A stretch of 64,000 nucleotides of DNA from an uncultured Muribaculaceae bacterium. GTDB lineage: Bacteria; Bacillota_I; Bacilli_A; RF39; UBA660. Both the position numbers and the translations under genes were made by a program. Shown in pieces: positions 17,132 through 24,660 of the stretch. Every line of letters begins with the position of its first letter. Position 1 is the stretch's first letter. Under the pieces are notes generated by a model. It saw only the letters and a program-made list of their open reading frames with translations. It searched no databases and was not told the origin of the DNA. Location: assembly GCA_964408085.1 (NCBI GenBank), contig CAYOYB010000001.1, forward strand, positions 128,066 through 192,065, given 5' to 3'.

Positions 17132-17167
17132 GTTTCCTAAACTAATTTTAGTAAAGGAGAAATGTTT

Positions 17168-18439
17168 ATGGCAAATGTACTAATAAGAAAAAGGGGAAAA
17201 GTATATGAATATCAATTTGAAATAGCACCACAGGATGGAAAAAGAAAAAGAATTTCAAAGTCAGGATTTAAAACAAAACCAGAGGCAGAAAGAGCAGGAG
17301 CGAAAGCATATAACGAATATTTGGAAACAGGGCACAATTTTACACCATCACAAATGTCTTATGCAGATTATTTAGATTATTGGATGGAGGAATATTGTTA
17401 TATAAATTTAAAACATCGTACTATTGAAACCTACAAATATATTATTAAAAATCATTTAAAACCAAGATTAGGAATGTATAGATTATCTCAGATAACTACA
17501 TCTACTATACAAGAAGCAATTAATGATATATATGTTGAGAAAGGTTTTGCAAAAAGTTATATGAAGAGCATACTTAAAGTTATTAAATCATCTTTTGCGT
17601 ATGCAACCGAAATAGTGCAATTTATAAAATATGATCCATCAATAAAAGTCAAAGTTCCTAAATATGAAGAACCAGAGGAAGATCCAGCACACATATTTAC
17701 AAAAGAAGAAATAGACTTAATTTTTAATAGTGTAAAAAATAATCATTGTGTATATTATGCTTTTTTGACTGCATATCATACAGGACTTCGTATATCTGAA
17801 GTGTTTGGTTTAACTTGGGAAGATATTGATTTAATAAATAAAAAAATCTATGTTAGGAGAAATATTGTTAAAAAGAACCAGGCAGGAGGTACTAAAAATA
17901 GACACATAAGTGGTAAATCAACAACTGTTTGGTATTTTGGAACATGTAAGACTGCTAATAGTTATAGAACAATAGATATAGGAGATACTTTAGTAAAAGC
18001 ATTGGAAGAATACAAGGAAGAACAAGAAATATTTAAGGAAATGTATGGTGATATGTATATGAAGCATTACAAAAAGATAGTTGAGAATCCTTACACAAAA
18101 AAACCAGAAACTAAAATAGTGAATGCTTATGCTGAAATTGAAGTTGCTTTACCAGAAGTACATTTTGTATTTTTAAAAGACAATGGTATTTTTGAAGGAA
18201 CTGATAGCTGTAAACACCCATTCAAAGTTATTCATTACCAGTTAGGAATCCCATGTAGATTTCACGATTTTAGAGATACTCATGCAACAAGATTAATAGA
18301 AGCAGGTGCAGATATTAAGGCAGTATCCAAACGATTAGGGCATAGTTCAGTAGAATTTACTTATAACATTTATGTGAGAGTTACTACTAAAATGGAAGAA
18401 GAAATTGTAAGTAAATTTGAAGCGTATGCAACAGCATAA
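17168..18439 (+). CDS. int: tyrosine site-specific recombinase (ICE/phage integrase) with N-terminal arm-binding domain
   Basis: N-terminal IRKRGKVYEYQFEIAPQDGKRKRISKSGFKTKPEAE (Tn916-Int-like arm-type domain). Catalytic TGLRISEVFGLTWEDID, HDFRDTHATRL, LGHSSVEFTYNIYV (R..HxxR..Y). ATG 17168 has AAAGGAGA 7 nt upstream. Confidence 0.9.
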   Translation: MANVLIRKRGKVYEYQFEIAPQDGKRKRISKSGFKTKPEAERAGAKAYNEYLETGHNFTPSQMSYADYLDYWMEEYCYINLKHRTIETYKYIIKNHLKPRLGMYRLSQITTSTIQEAINDIYVEKGFAKSYMKSILKVIKSSFAYATEIVQFIKYDPSIKVKVPKYEEPEEDPAHIFTKEEIDLIFNSVKNNHCVYYAFLTAYHTGLRISEVFGLTWEDIDLINKKIYVRRNIVKKNQAGGTKNRHISGKSTTVWYFGTCKTANSYRTIDIGDTLVKALEEYKEEQEIFKEMYGDMYMKHYKKIVENPYTKKPETKIVNAYAEIEVALPEVHFVFLKDNGIFEGTDSCKHPFKVIHYQLGIPCRFHDFRDTHATRLIEAGADIKAVSKRLGHSSVEFTYNIYVRVTTKMEEEIVSKFEAYATA

Positions 18440-18483
18440 TTCTTTATTATGTAGTATAATAGAAAAAGAAAAGGAGAAAAATA

Positions 18484-19041
18484 ATGACAACTAGTTTAGA
18501 AATAATATTCAAAGCATGTATGAGTAGTAAAAAAATAGTAGTAGGAGAAAGAACAATTGTAATAACACCAAAATTTTCAAAACGTGATTTTTTTGAATCG
18601 TTAAATGATATGGGGAAAGATACAGAAAAAAAATATTTTGATTATTTTGGATATAGTGAAATGGCAATTAAGTTATATCCAACGATAAAAGGAATAAAAG
18701 ATGAGTATAATATTGATTATCAAAAACTAAGTGAAATTGGTAAATTAAATTTAAAATCTATATTAGGACATTCATCCATAATGGATACTCTAAAATATTA
18801 TAAAGGTATAGATGATTTATCAATTGATAATTTTGATGAAACATTTAAAGATGGAGATGTAATAGATTATTTGGAGTTTGTAAAATACTTTGGTAATAAT
18901 AGAGAGTTATATGAAAAATTAAAACATTTAAAAGGCGATTCATTATCTTCTTGGAAAGAAATCAGAAATCTTAAATGGAAAGATGTGGATTTAGAAAATG
19001 GAATTATAAATATAGAAACTGAAGAAATTGATATAAGTTAA
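18484..19041 (+). CDS. hypothetical protein with integrase-like sequence patches
   Basis: AAGGAGA RBS. ILGHSSIMDTLKYY and LKWKDVDLENGIINI resemble integrase catalytic-domain boxes but occur in reversed order. Confidence 0.55.
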   Translation: MTTSLEIIFKACMSSKKIVVGERTIVITPKFSKRDFFESLNDMGKDTEKKYFDYFGYSEMAIKLYPTIKGIKDEYNIDYQKLSEIGKLNLKSILGHSSIMDTLKYYKGIDDLSIDNFDETFKDGDVIDYLEFVKYFGNNRELYEKLKHLKGDSLSSWKEIRNLKWKDVDLENGIINIETEEIDIS

Positions 19042-19042
19042 G

Positions 19043-19070
19043 AACTAATTAATTTAGTTCTTTTTTTATT
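19043..19070 (+). terminator. terminator candidate
   Basis: gaactaa-ttaat-ttagttc hairpin followed by TTTTTTT. Confidence 0.55.
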
Positions 19071-19090
19071 GCAACAGAAAGGGTGAAATC

Positions 19091-19861
19091 ATGGTTTTTA
19101 AAGTTGAAAAAAATAAGAATTATACAGTTATGAGTAACTACCATTTAAGAGATAAAAACTTATCTTTCAAAGCTAAAGGATTATTATCGTTTATGCTTAG
19201 TTTACCTGATAGCTGGGATTACTCTTTAAATGGATTAGTAAGTGTTAGTAAAGAAAGTAAAAAAGCAATTAGAAGTATTTTAAATGAATTGAAGGAAAAT
19301 GGGTATTTAGTTATTGAACAAATACGAGGAGAAAAGGGATATTATAAGTATAACTACATAATCTATGAGCATCCTATTATAGATGAAGATCAGGAAAATG
19401 ATCCAGATACCCAAAAAGGGTATGCCGATGTAGATACCCTAATAAGTAGTGAAAAAATAAGTAGTAAAGAACTTCTAAATAAAACAAATAAAATAAATAA
19501 AACCATAGATGAAGGAGAATCAAAAAAAATTGATTCTTTTTTTGATTTAAATAATCATCATAGATTAACAAAAGATTTGGTTAAAAGAAAATATTTAGAA
19601 CCAGATGATGTGGAACTAGGGAAGTATGATAATTTATTCAAAAAATTATTAGAAGATTATGAGTTCACAGATCTGGTCGTAATTAATCACTACATAATTT
19701 CTAAAGTGATTAATAGGAAATTTATAAATGATGATGGAAATCTAATTGAGAATAAATTTGGATATTTAAAGAGTTCAATTCTTAACAATATAGAAAAAAT
19801 AAAGCATATTGATAAAATGGAATGGGATGATGAATTAGGATGGTTCAAAGATATTGAATAA
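19091..19861 (+). CDS. HTH_36-type replication-initiator/replisome-organiser-like protein
   Basis: N-terminal FKVEKNKNYTVMSNYHLRDKNLSFKAKGLLSFMLSLPDSWDYSLNGLVSVSKESKKAIRSILNELKENGYLVIEQ. This pattern is typical of plasmid/ICE Rep-like winged-helix proteins. Confidence 0.6.
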   Translation: MVFKVEKNKNYTVMSNYHLRDKNLSFKAKGLLSFMLSLPDSWDYSLNGLVSVSKESKKAIRSILNELKENGYLVIEQIRGEKGYYKYNYIIYEHPIIDEDQENDPDTQKGYADVDTLISSEKISSKELLNKTNKINKTIDEGESKKIDSFFDLNNHHRLTKDLVKRKYLEPDDVELGKYDNLFKKLLEDYEFTDLVVINHYIISKVINRKFINDDGNLIENKFGYLKSSILNNIEKIKHIDKMEWDDELGWFKDIE

Positions 19862-19875
19862 AATAAAAAATATGC

Positions 19876-20277
19876 TTATTTCATATTTTTTAATATTATG
19901 TCTAAATTTTTTAGAGCTTTACTATCAGCAGCTAAAATAATACTATGTAATACTTCTAGGTCACTTTCATTGAGTTGTTCTAACCGACTATTTATAAGTG
20001 CTATAAGTCTTACTTTTTCAGAGGTGATTGGTTCAGGCGGAGATCCATTTTGATATGCTTCAATCAATTTTTCAAGGTCACATAATTCAATTCCCATACC
20101 ATTAGCTATAAGCCCTAAAATTGTTCCAGATATGCCTATATGCCCATACTTATGATTCATAATTTTACTTATACTAGATTTACTTACGTTAGAATTTCTA
20201 CCAAATTCAGTGGGGGATATCCTATGCGTATCGCAATAGTCAATCAATATAAGTCTTACAGCATCTTCTCTACTCAT
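19876..20277 (-). CDS. HTH transcriptional regulator candidate, divergent from the ICE early genes
   Basis: Start set to ATG 20277 (AAAGGAG upstream). HTH-like RISPTEFGRNSNVSKSSISKIMN. Confidence 0.55.
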   Translation of the reverse strand: MSREDAVRLILIDYCDTHRISPTEFGRNSNVSKSSISKIMNHKYGHIGISGTILGLIANGMGIELCDLEKLIEAYQNGSPPEPITSEKVRLIALINSRLEQLNESDLEVLHSIILAADSKALKNLDIILKNMK

Positions 20278-20335
20278 TTTCAAACTCCTTTCCAATATAT
20301 TTAATTTCACTAACATTGTACTATTTTTTTTAATA

Positions 20336-20402
20336 AAAGTCTACTAGTGAGAACTTTTTTTTCAAAATATAACCAGAATTAAGTTTATACTAGTAGACTT
20401 TT
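20336..20402. promoter_or_regulatory. pair of inverted 14-bp operator-like sites in the divergent regulatory region
   Basis: aaaagtctactagt (20336-20349) and its exact reverse complement actagtagactttt (20389-20402). On the minus strand, TTGAAA, 16 nt, TAGACT overlaps the first site. Confidence 0.65.
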
Positions 20403-20526
20403 GGAATGTTTTTTGATAAAATGTTTCTTGTATAGTGTCAACTATATGTAGTAGGAGGTAGTAAAATGATATATATAATTAGGGTGATGTTTTCATCCTG
20501 ACTATCATGGAAAGGAAGGTGAAAAT

Positions 20527-20715
20527 TTGAATAAAAGACAGTCTTCGTTGCAGACTAGAAGTATAAAGATTCTCGTAAAAGAAGGCGAAAATGGAATAGC
20601 TTTATCCACCCAGTTGGATGACGAAACAACAATTCGTATTTTAGAAGTATGTCTAAAGAATATGAAGGATAAGACGTCACATAAAAAATGTACCAATTAT
20701 GGGAAAGGAAAGTAA
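20527..20715 (+). CDS. hypothetical small protein (TTG start)
   Basis: AAGGAAGGTG 5 nt upstream of TTG 20527. No recognisable motif. Confidence 0.4.
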   Translation: MNKRQSSLQTRSIKILVKEGENGIALSTQLDDETTIRILEVCLKNMKDKTSHKKCTNYGKGK

Positions 20716-20717
20716 AT

Positions 20718-21026
20718 ATGATCAAAGAAATGAAAAATGAAGTAAATGAAGTAGAAGTAGTTTTAGCAGTATTTGGAGAATATCTTGATAATGGGAAAAA
20801 TATGCCTATTGAAAAAATGAAGTACATTGTAGAAAAATTAAATAAAATAAAAGAAGAATATAATAAAACTATAAACGATTTATTGAATACTTATTCTTTG
20901 GTAGTAAAAATGGAGAAATTATATGAGATAATTGGTACTATCGGTACTATTTCAATTGAAGATGAAGACAAATTAGACAAAACCTTAGAGATTTTAGGTA
21001 ACTATGTTAAATCTTTAAATAATTGA
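20718..21026 (+). CDS. hypothetical small helical protein
   Basis: ATG 20718 preceded by GGAAAGGAAAG. Coiled-coil-like composition. Hairpin follows. Confidence 0.5.
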   Translation: MIKEMKNEVNEVEVVLAVFGEYLDNGKNMPIEKMKYIVEKLNKIKEEYNKTINDLLNTYSLVVKMEKLYEIIGTIGTISIEDEDKLDKTLEILGNYVKSLNN

Positions 21027-21037
21027 AAATAGTATTG

Positions 21038-21060
21038 GCTGTATAGATTATCTATACAGC
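21038..21060 (+). terminator. hairpin terminator candidate
   Basis: gctgtatag-attat-ctatacagc, 9-bp stem. T-tract is weak. Confidence 0.45.
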
Positions 21061-21096
21061 AATTTATTTGTAAAAAATAGAATTTATAATAAGGTA

Positions 21097-21125
21097 TTGA
21101 CTTTTTTTAAAATAAAGTTTATTAT
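21097..21125 (+). promoter_or_regulatory. sigma-A-type promoter
   Basis: TTGACT (21097-21102), 17 nt spacer, TATTAT (21120-21125). Confidence 0.6.
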
Positions 21126-21135
21126 TTTAATAGAA

Positions 21136-21157
21136 GAGTTTACTAGTATAAACTCTA
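21136..21157. promoter_or_regulatory. operator-like palindrome (motif copy S3)
   Basis: agagttta-ctagta-taaactct, 8-bp perfect arms. Contains gtttactagtataaac. Confidence 0.6.
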
Positions 21158-21260
21158 TGGAAGTATATTGGAGGTGGTTTATTAGTATGACATAAATGTA
21201 TAAAGTAGGTATACATAGTAGTAAAACCAAGGCATCATATTTTATTTTTTTAGTTTGTTA

Positions 21261-21276
21261 GTTTACTAGTGTAAAC
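21261..21276. promoter_or_regulatory. operator-like motif copy S4
   Basis: gtttactagtgtaaac, the exact reverse complement of the copy at 51995-52010. Confidence 0.6.
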
Positions 21277-21300
21277 CAATCATAAAGAAAGTAAAGTGAG

Positions 21301-21489
21301 GTGAGAGTGATTTTTAGAGTAAAGGAAAGATATCGTATTTATAATACGTTATCAGAAAATCACGGTTATTTCCTTACCATTATAAAAGTTAGCAATAATA
21401 TTGTATTTTATCTTTTTGATGGTATTGATGAAATTAAATGGTTTGATTCTGGAAGTAATTTTGCAGTAGACTTGATTAAGGTAGTTTAA
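21301..21489 (+). CDS. hypothetical small protein (GTG start, weak call)
   Basis: ORF track only. Start and RBS ambiguous (GTG 21301 or 21307). Confidence 0.3.
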   Translation: MRVIFRVKERYRIYNTLSENHGYFLTIIKVSNNIVFYLFDGIDEIKWFDSGSNFAVDLIKVV

Positions 21490-21524
21490 TTTAGTTCATC
21501 AGTTTTGTGAGAGGAGCAACTATT

Positions 21525-21791
21525 ATGAATTTTTCTGATGAAGGTAGTATAATCCCAGGATGGATATTACATCATCTAAGAAAATATGGTAATTGTTGCT
21601 GTGGACGTGAAATAGTAAAGCAATTAGGAAAGGATCAATTTTTATACTTACTAAGAGAAAAGGGGTATCCTTGTATATTACGTATTATATACGATGATAT
21701 ATTTTATAAACCAAAGAGAAAAGTGAAGTATCCACGTAATGCCTATTATATTTTAGAAATTGAGTGTATAGTGCATAGTTATTATATATGA
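21525..21791 (+). CDS. hypothetical protein, candidate cognate partner (antitoxin) of the MazF-like toxin
   Basis: ATG 21525 with AGAGGAG upstream. Its stop overlaps the toxin start (ATGA at 21788-21791). Cys-rich (NCCCG) with no AbrB/RHH pattern visible. Confidence 0.5.
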   Translation: MNFSDEGSIIPGWILHHLRKYGNCCCGREIVKQLGKDQFLYLLREKGYPCILRIIYDDIFYKPKRKVKYPRNAYYILEIECIVHSYYI

Positions 21792-22129
21792 TTAATATAC
21801 AAAGAGGGCAAGTTTACGAAGTAAATTTAAATAACACTTCGCCACATGTTCAATCAGGTAAGCGTCCTTGTTTAGTTGTTCAAAATAATTTAGGAAACAC
21901 ATTTTCACCAACAATAGTGATTGTACCTTTAACAACAAAACTCAAGAAGACATATATGCCTGTTCATGTAATAACGGCTCAAAATCAAATGGCATTATGT
22001 GAATGTATTTTAACTATTTCAAAAGAGCAAATAATTTCTTATATTAAAACTTTAGATGAAAAAACTATGGAACTAATAGACAGGGCTTTATCCATTTCAG
22101 TGGGATTAAAGAGGGAGGAAAACTTATAA
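21788..22129 (+). CDS. MazF/PemK-family type II toxin (endoribonuclease)
   Basis: RGQVYEVNLN...SGKRPCLVVQNNLGN...TIVIVPLTTK...PVHV...ILTISKEQI matches the PemK/MazF fold signature. Confidence 0.8.
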   Translation: MINIQRGQVYEVNLNNTSPHVQSGKRPCLVVQNNLGNTFSPTIVIVPLTTKLKKTYMPVHVITAQNQMALCECILTISKEQIISYIKTLDEKTMELIDRALSISVGLKREENL

Positions 22130-22137
22130 AAACATTA

Positions 22138-22692
22138 ATGCGAGTGTTTGAAGATTTGTGTAGTGGAAGTTCTGAAAAGTATTGGCATAGTGAAGGAAAT
22201 AATAAGAGAATGAGAGGTTATCATAAATTATCTAAGATATTAAAAACAATAAGATATATTTTAATAGTATTACTAGCAATTTATATTGTAGTATTATCTA
22301 CGGAGAGTATAGTGTGCTTATTTGATAAAATGGAATTTAATTTATTAAGTTCTATTGATCTTAAAAAATTTATTTTAGATGTTTATATAACAACTTTTAT
22401 TAGCACTTCATTTATAATTTTTTATAGCAATAGAAAACAAAAATATTTACTAAAAAAAATTATATATTTAGTTGTAGATAGTTTGTTATTTCTACCTGTT
22501 AGTATATTATTAATTTATAATTTTCTAGCAGTAGGTAGTTTTATGAGATGTTTTTATTTATTAGTAGTATTTAGTGTAGTGATGATTATAATTGAACAAT
22601 TAACAAATAGAATTGATAAATTATATGATATAGCAGTAGGTAGTATTGAAATAAATAGAAAAGGAGATAAGAAAGTATGCAAGGAAAAGTAA
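22138..22692 (+). CDS. membrane protein, about 4 TM
   Basis: Hydrophobic segments ([52 protein letters not shown]). Start uncertain. Confidence 0.5.
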   Translation: MRVFEDLCSGSSEKYWHSEGNNKRMRGYHKLSKILKTIRYILIVLLAIYIVVLSTESIVCLFDKMEFNLLSSIDLKKFILDVYITTFISTSFIIFYSNRKQKYLLKKIIYLVVDSLLFLPVSILLIYNFLAVGSFMRCFYLLVVFSVVMIIIEQLTNRIDKLYDIAVGSIEINRKGDKKVCKEK

Positions 22693-22910
22693 AATGGTTT
22701 AGCAGTGAAAAAGGATATGGATTCATATCTAGCGAGGGAGTTGAAAATGATATTTATGTTCATTTTTCAGATATTCAAATGGAAGGATTTAAAACATTAG
22801 AGGAAAATGATATAGTAGAATTTGACTATAATGAGGAAAAACAAAAGGCAGTTAATGTACATAAAATTTCCATTTCTGAAGATGCTGAAGAGAATGTAGA
22901 AAGTGAATAA
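22677..22910 (+). CDS. ICE-borne cold-shock-domain protein with acidic tail
   Basis: [16 protein letters not shown] and DIYVHFS RNP motifs. AAAGGAG RBS. C-terminal [11 protein letters not shown]. Confidence 0.9.
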   Translation: MQGKVKWFSSEKGYGFISSEGVENDIYVHFSDIQMEGFKTLEENDIVEFDYNEEKQKAVNVHKISISEDAEENVESE

Positions 22911-23374
22911 TGGTTAATATTTTTGATAGTAAAATCATATCAAAAATAGATATTGATAAAACATCACAGAATGGCAAAGAAATATGTGATTTATATCAAC
23001 CTTTAGTAGAAAAAAGATTAAAACAAGTAAAAAGTACACCATTTAATTCAGCAAGTTTCATTATGTTTTCAGAAAATAAGAATAATAGTAATTCTTCGGA
23101 TAATAAATTAATTGAACGATTATCATGGATTGATGATCAAACAGCAAGTTACATTCATAATGTATTAAAAATCCAGAAGAAAGATAAAACGATAGGTGAA
23201 TTTTTAAAATGGAAATGTTTTTACGGATTATCTGATAGAGAGATATCAGAAAAATTACAAATAACGGATAGAACAGTTAGAAAGTATAAGGCAAGAGCAT
23301 ATTTTCATTTAGCTGTATATTCAAATCAAGTTGAATTTATATATGAACAAACATACTATTTTCAATTTGATTAA
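22910..23374 (+). CDS. sigma-70 region-4-like / small sigma-like regulator
   Basis: C-terminal FYGLSDREISEKLQITDRTVRKYKARAYFHL is a region 4.2-type HTH. Start overlaps the csp stop (TAATG). Confidence 0.6.
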   Translation: MVNIFDSKIISKIDIDKTSQNGKEICDLYQPLVEKRLKQVKSTPFNSASFIMFSENKNNSNSSDNKLIERLSWIDDQTASYIHNVLKIQKKDKTIGEFLKWKCFYGLSDREISEKLQITDRTVRKYKARAYFHLAVYSNQVEFIYEQTYYFQFD

Positions 23375-23435
23375 ATAGGTGTATTATTAATGTGGCAAAG
23401 CCACATTAAAGACATAAGAAGTTGGAGGAGTAAAA

Positions 23436-24473
23436 ATGAAGAAGAAATATATTTTTGTAATTATAATTGTAATAATTATATTTTTAGTAGGTTTACTATT
23501 TTTAGTATTTAAGGATACTAGTAAAATAATTTTAAAAAATAATGAATTTATTTTTGAGTTAGGTGAGGACATTAGTGGGGATGTATCTTATTATTTGGAA
23601 AATGCTACTTCTACTAAGAATATAAAAGATTACAAATTATTCTCAGCTGATTTGAAAGTAGTAGATAAAAAACTTGTTACAGATGAAGAATTTGTTAAAG
23701 TTGGAGAATACACTGTTGAGATTCAATATAAGAAATTATCAGAGAAAATTGTTATAAAAGTGGTGGATACTATTGCTCCAGAATTTAAAGATTTTAAGGA
23801 ACAAATTGAACTAGAAGAAACATTAGAAGAAATGAATTTAACATCGTATTTTGAAGCAACCGATTTAACAGAGGTTAATATAAAAATAGATGGAGATTAT
23901 GATTTAGCACTTGAAGGTGAGTATAAGATAAATGTAATTGCAACCGATTCTAATGGTAATGAAACTATGAAAGAATCCTTGATAAAAGTAAAAAAGAAGG
24001 AAGTAGTGATAGAGAATTCTTCTAATACTAAAGAGGAATCACCAAAACTAGAAAGTCAAAATCCTTCTAATAATTCAGGTTCATCTAACAATCAAGTGCA
24101 AAATCAACCAAATACAAGTAATACTACAACTCCAAGATATAGAACTGACATTGCAGAATCTTATGTAAATCAAGTTAATTCTTATAGAAAATCAAAAGGA
24201 TTATCTGAATTACCTGTTACTTCTGAAGCACAGGCAGAAGCTGATAGAAGAGCGAAAGAAATTTCTATTTATTATTCACATGATGGAGCTGGATATGGTT
24301 TTGGTGAAATTATAGGTGATGGTTCTATTGGATCAGACTTTATAACAGCATGGAAAAACAGCCCACCACATAATGCAGCAATGTTAAGAGAGCAGAATGT
24401 GGCAATGGCAGCAAGTGTTTATGAATATAATAATTATTGGTATGCAGTAATTTCGTTTAGGATGAATTATTAA
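23436..24473 (+). CDS. membrane-anchored protein with Ig-like domain and C-terminal CAP/SCP (PR-1-like) domain
   Basis: N-terminal TM. Ig-like segment DTIAPEF...EGEYKINVIATDSNGNETMKESLIKV. CAP pattern YVNQVNSYRKSKGLSEL...YYSHDG...WKNSPPHNAAML. Confidence 0.6.
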   Translation: MKKKYIFVIIIVIIIFLVGLLFLVFKDTSKIILKNNEFIFELGEDISGDVSYYLENATSTKNIKDYKLFSADLKVVDKKLVTDEEFVKVGEYTVEIQYKKLSEKIVIKVVDTIAPEFKDFKEQIELEETLEEMNLTSYFEATDLTEVNIKIDGDYDLALEGEYKINVIATDSNGNETMKESLIKVKKKEVVIENSSNTKEESPKLESQNPSNNSGSSNNQVQNQPNTSNTTTPRYRTDIAESYVNQVNSYRKSKGLSELPVTSEAQAEADRRAKEISIYYSHDGAGYGFGEIIGDGSIGSDFITAWKNSPPHNAAMLREQNVAMAASVYEYNNYWYAVISFRMNY

Positions 24474-24577
24474 TATGTTGTTATAAGAAAAAATAAAAAA
24501 TTAATCATTTAGTGTCAAATAAATGCTAAATATAAATGTATACTTATAATAATTTCGGTCAATCTTTGCTACCAACG

Positions 24578-24606
24578 TTGAAAAAATGCAATTATAATGG
24601 TATAAT
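24578..24606 (+). promoter_or_regulatory. strong sigma-A-type promoter
   Basis: TTGAAA (24578-24583), 17 nt spacer, TATAAT (24601-24606). Confidence 0.65.
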
Positions 24607-24660
24607 TAAACTATTAGCAGTACACTTTTTTTGTATTGCTTTTTTTTGGAGTTGGTATTA

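Noticed and set aside
21171-21195. GGAGGTG followed by ATG ACA TAA as a real gene
   Set aside because: A two-codon ORF cannot be called a gene. It is kept only as part of the leader description in the 21097-21300 finding.
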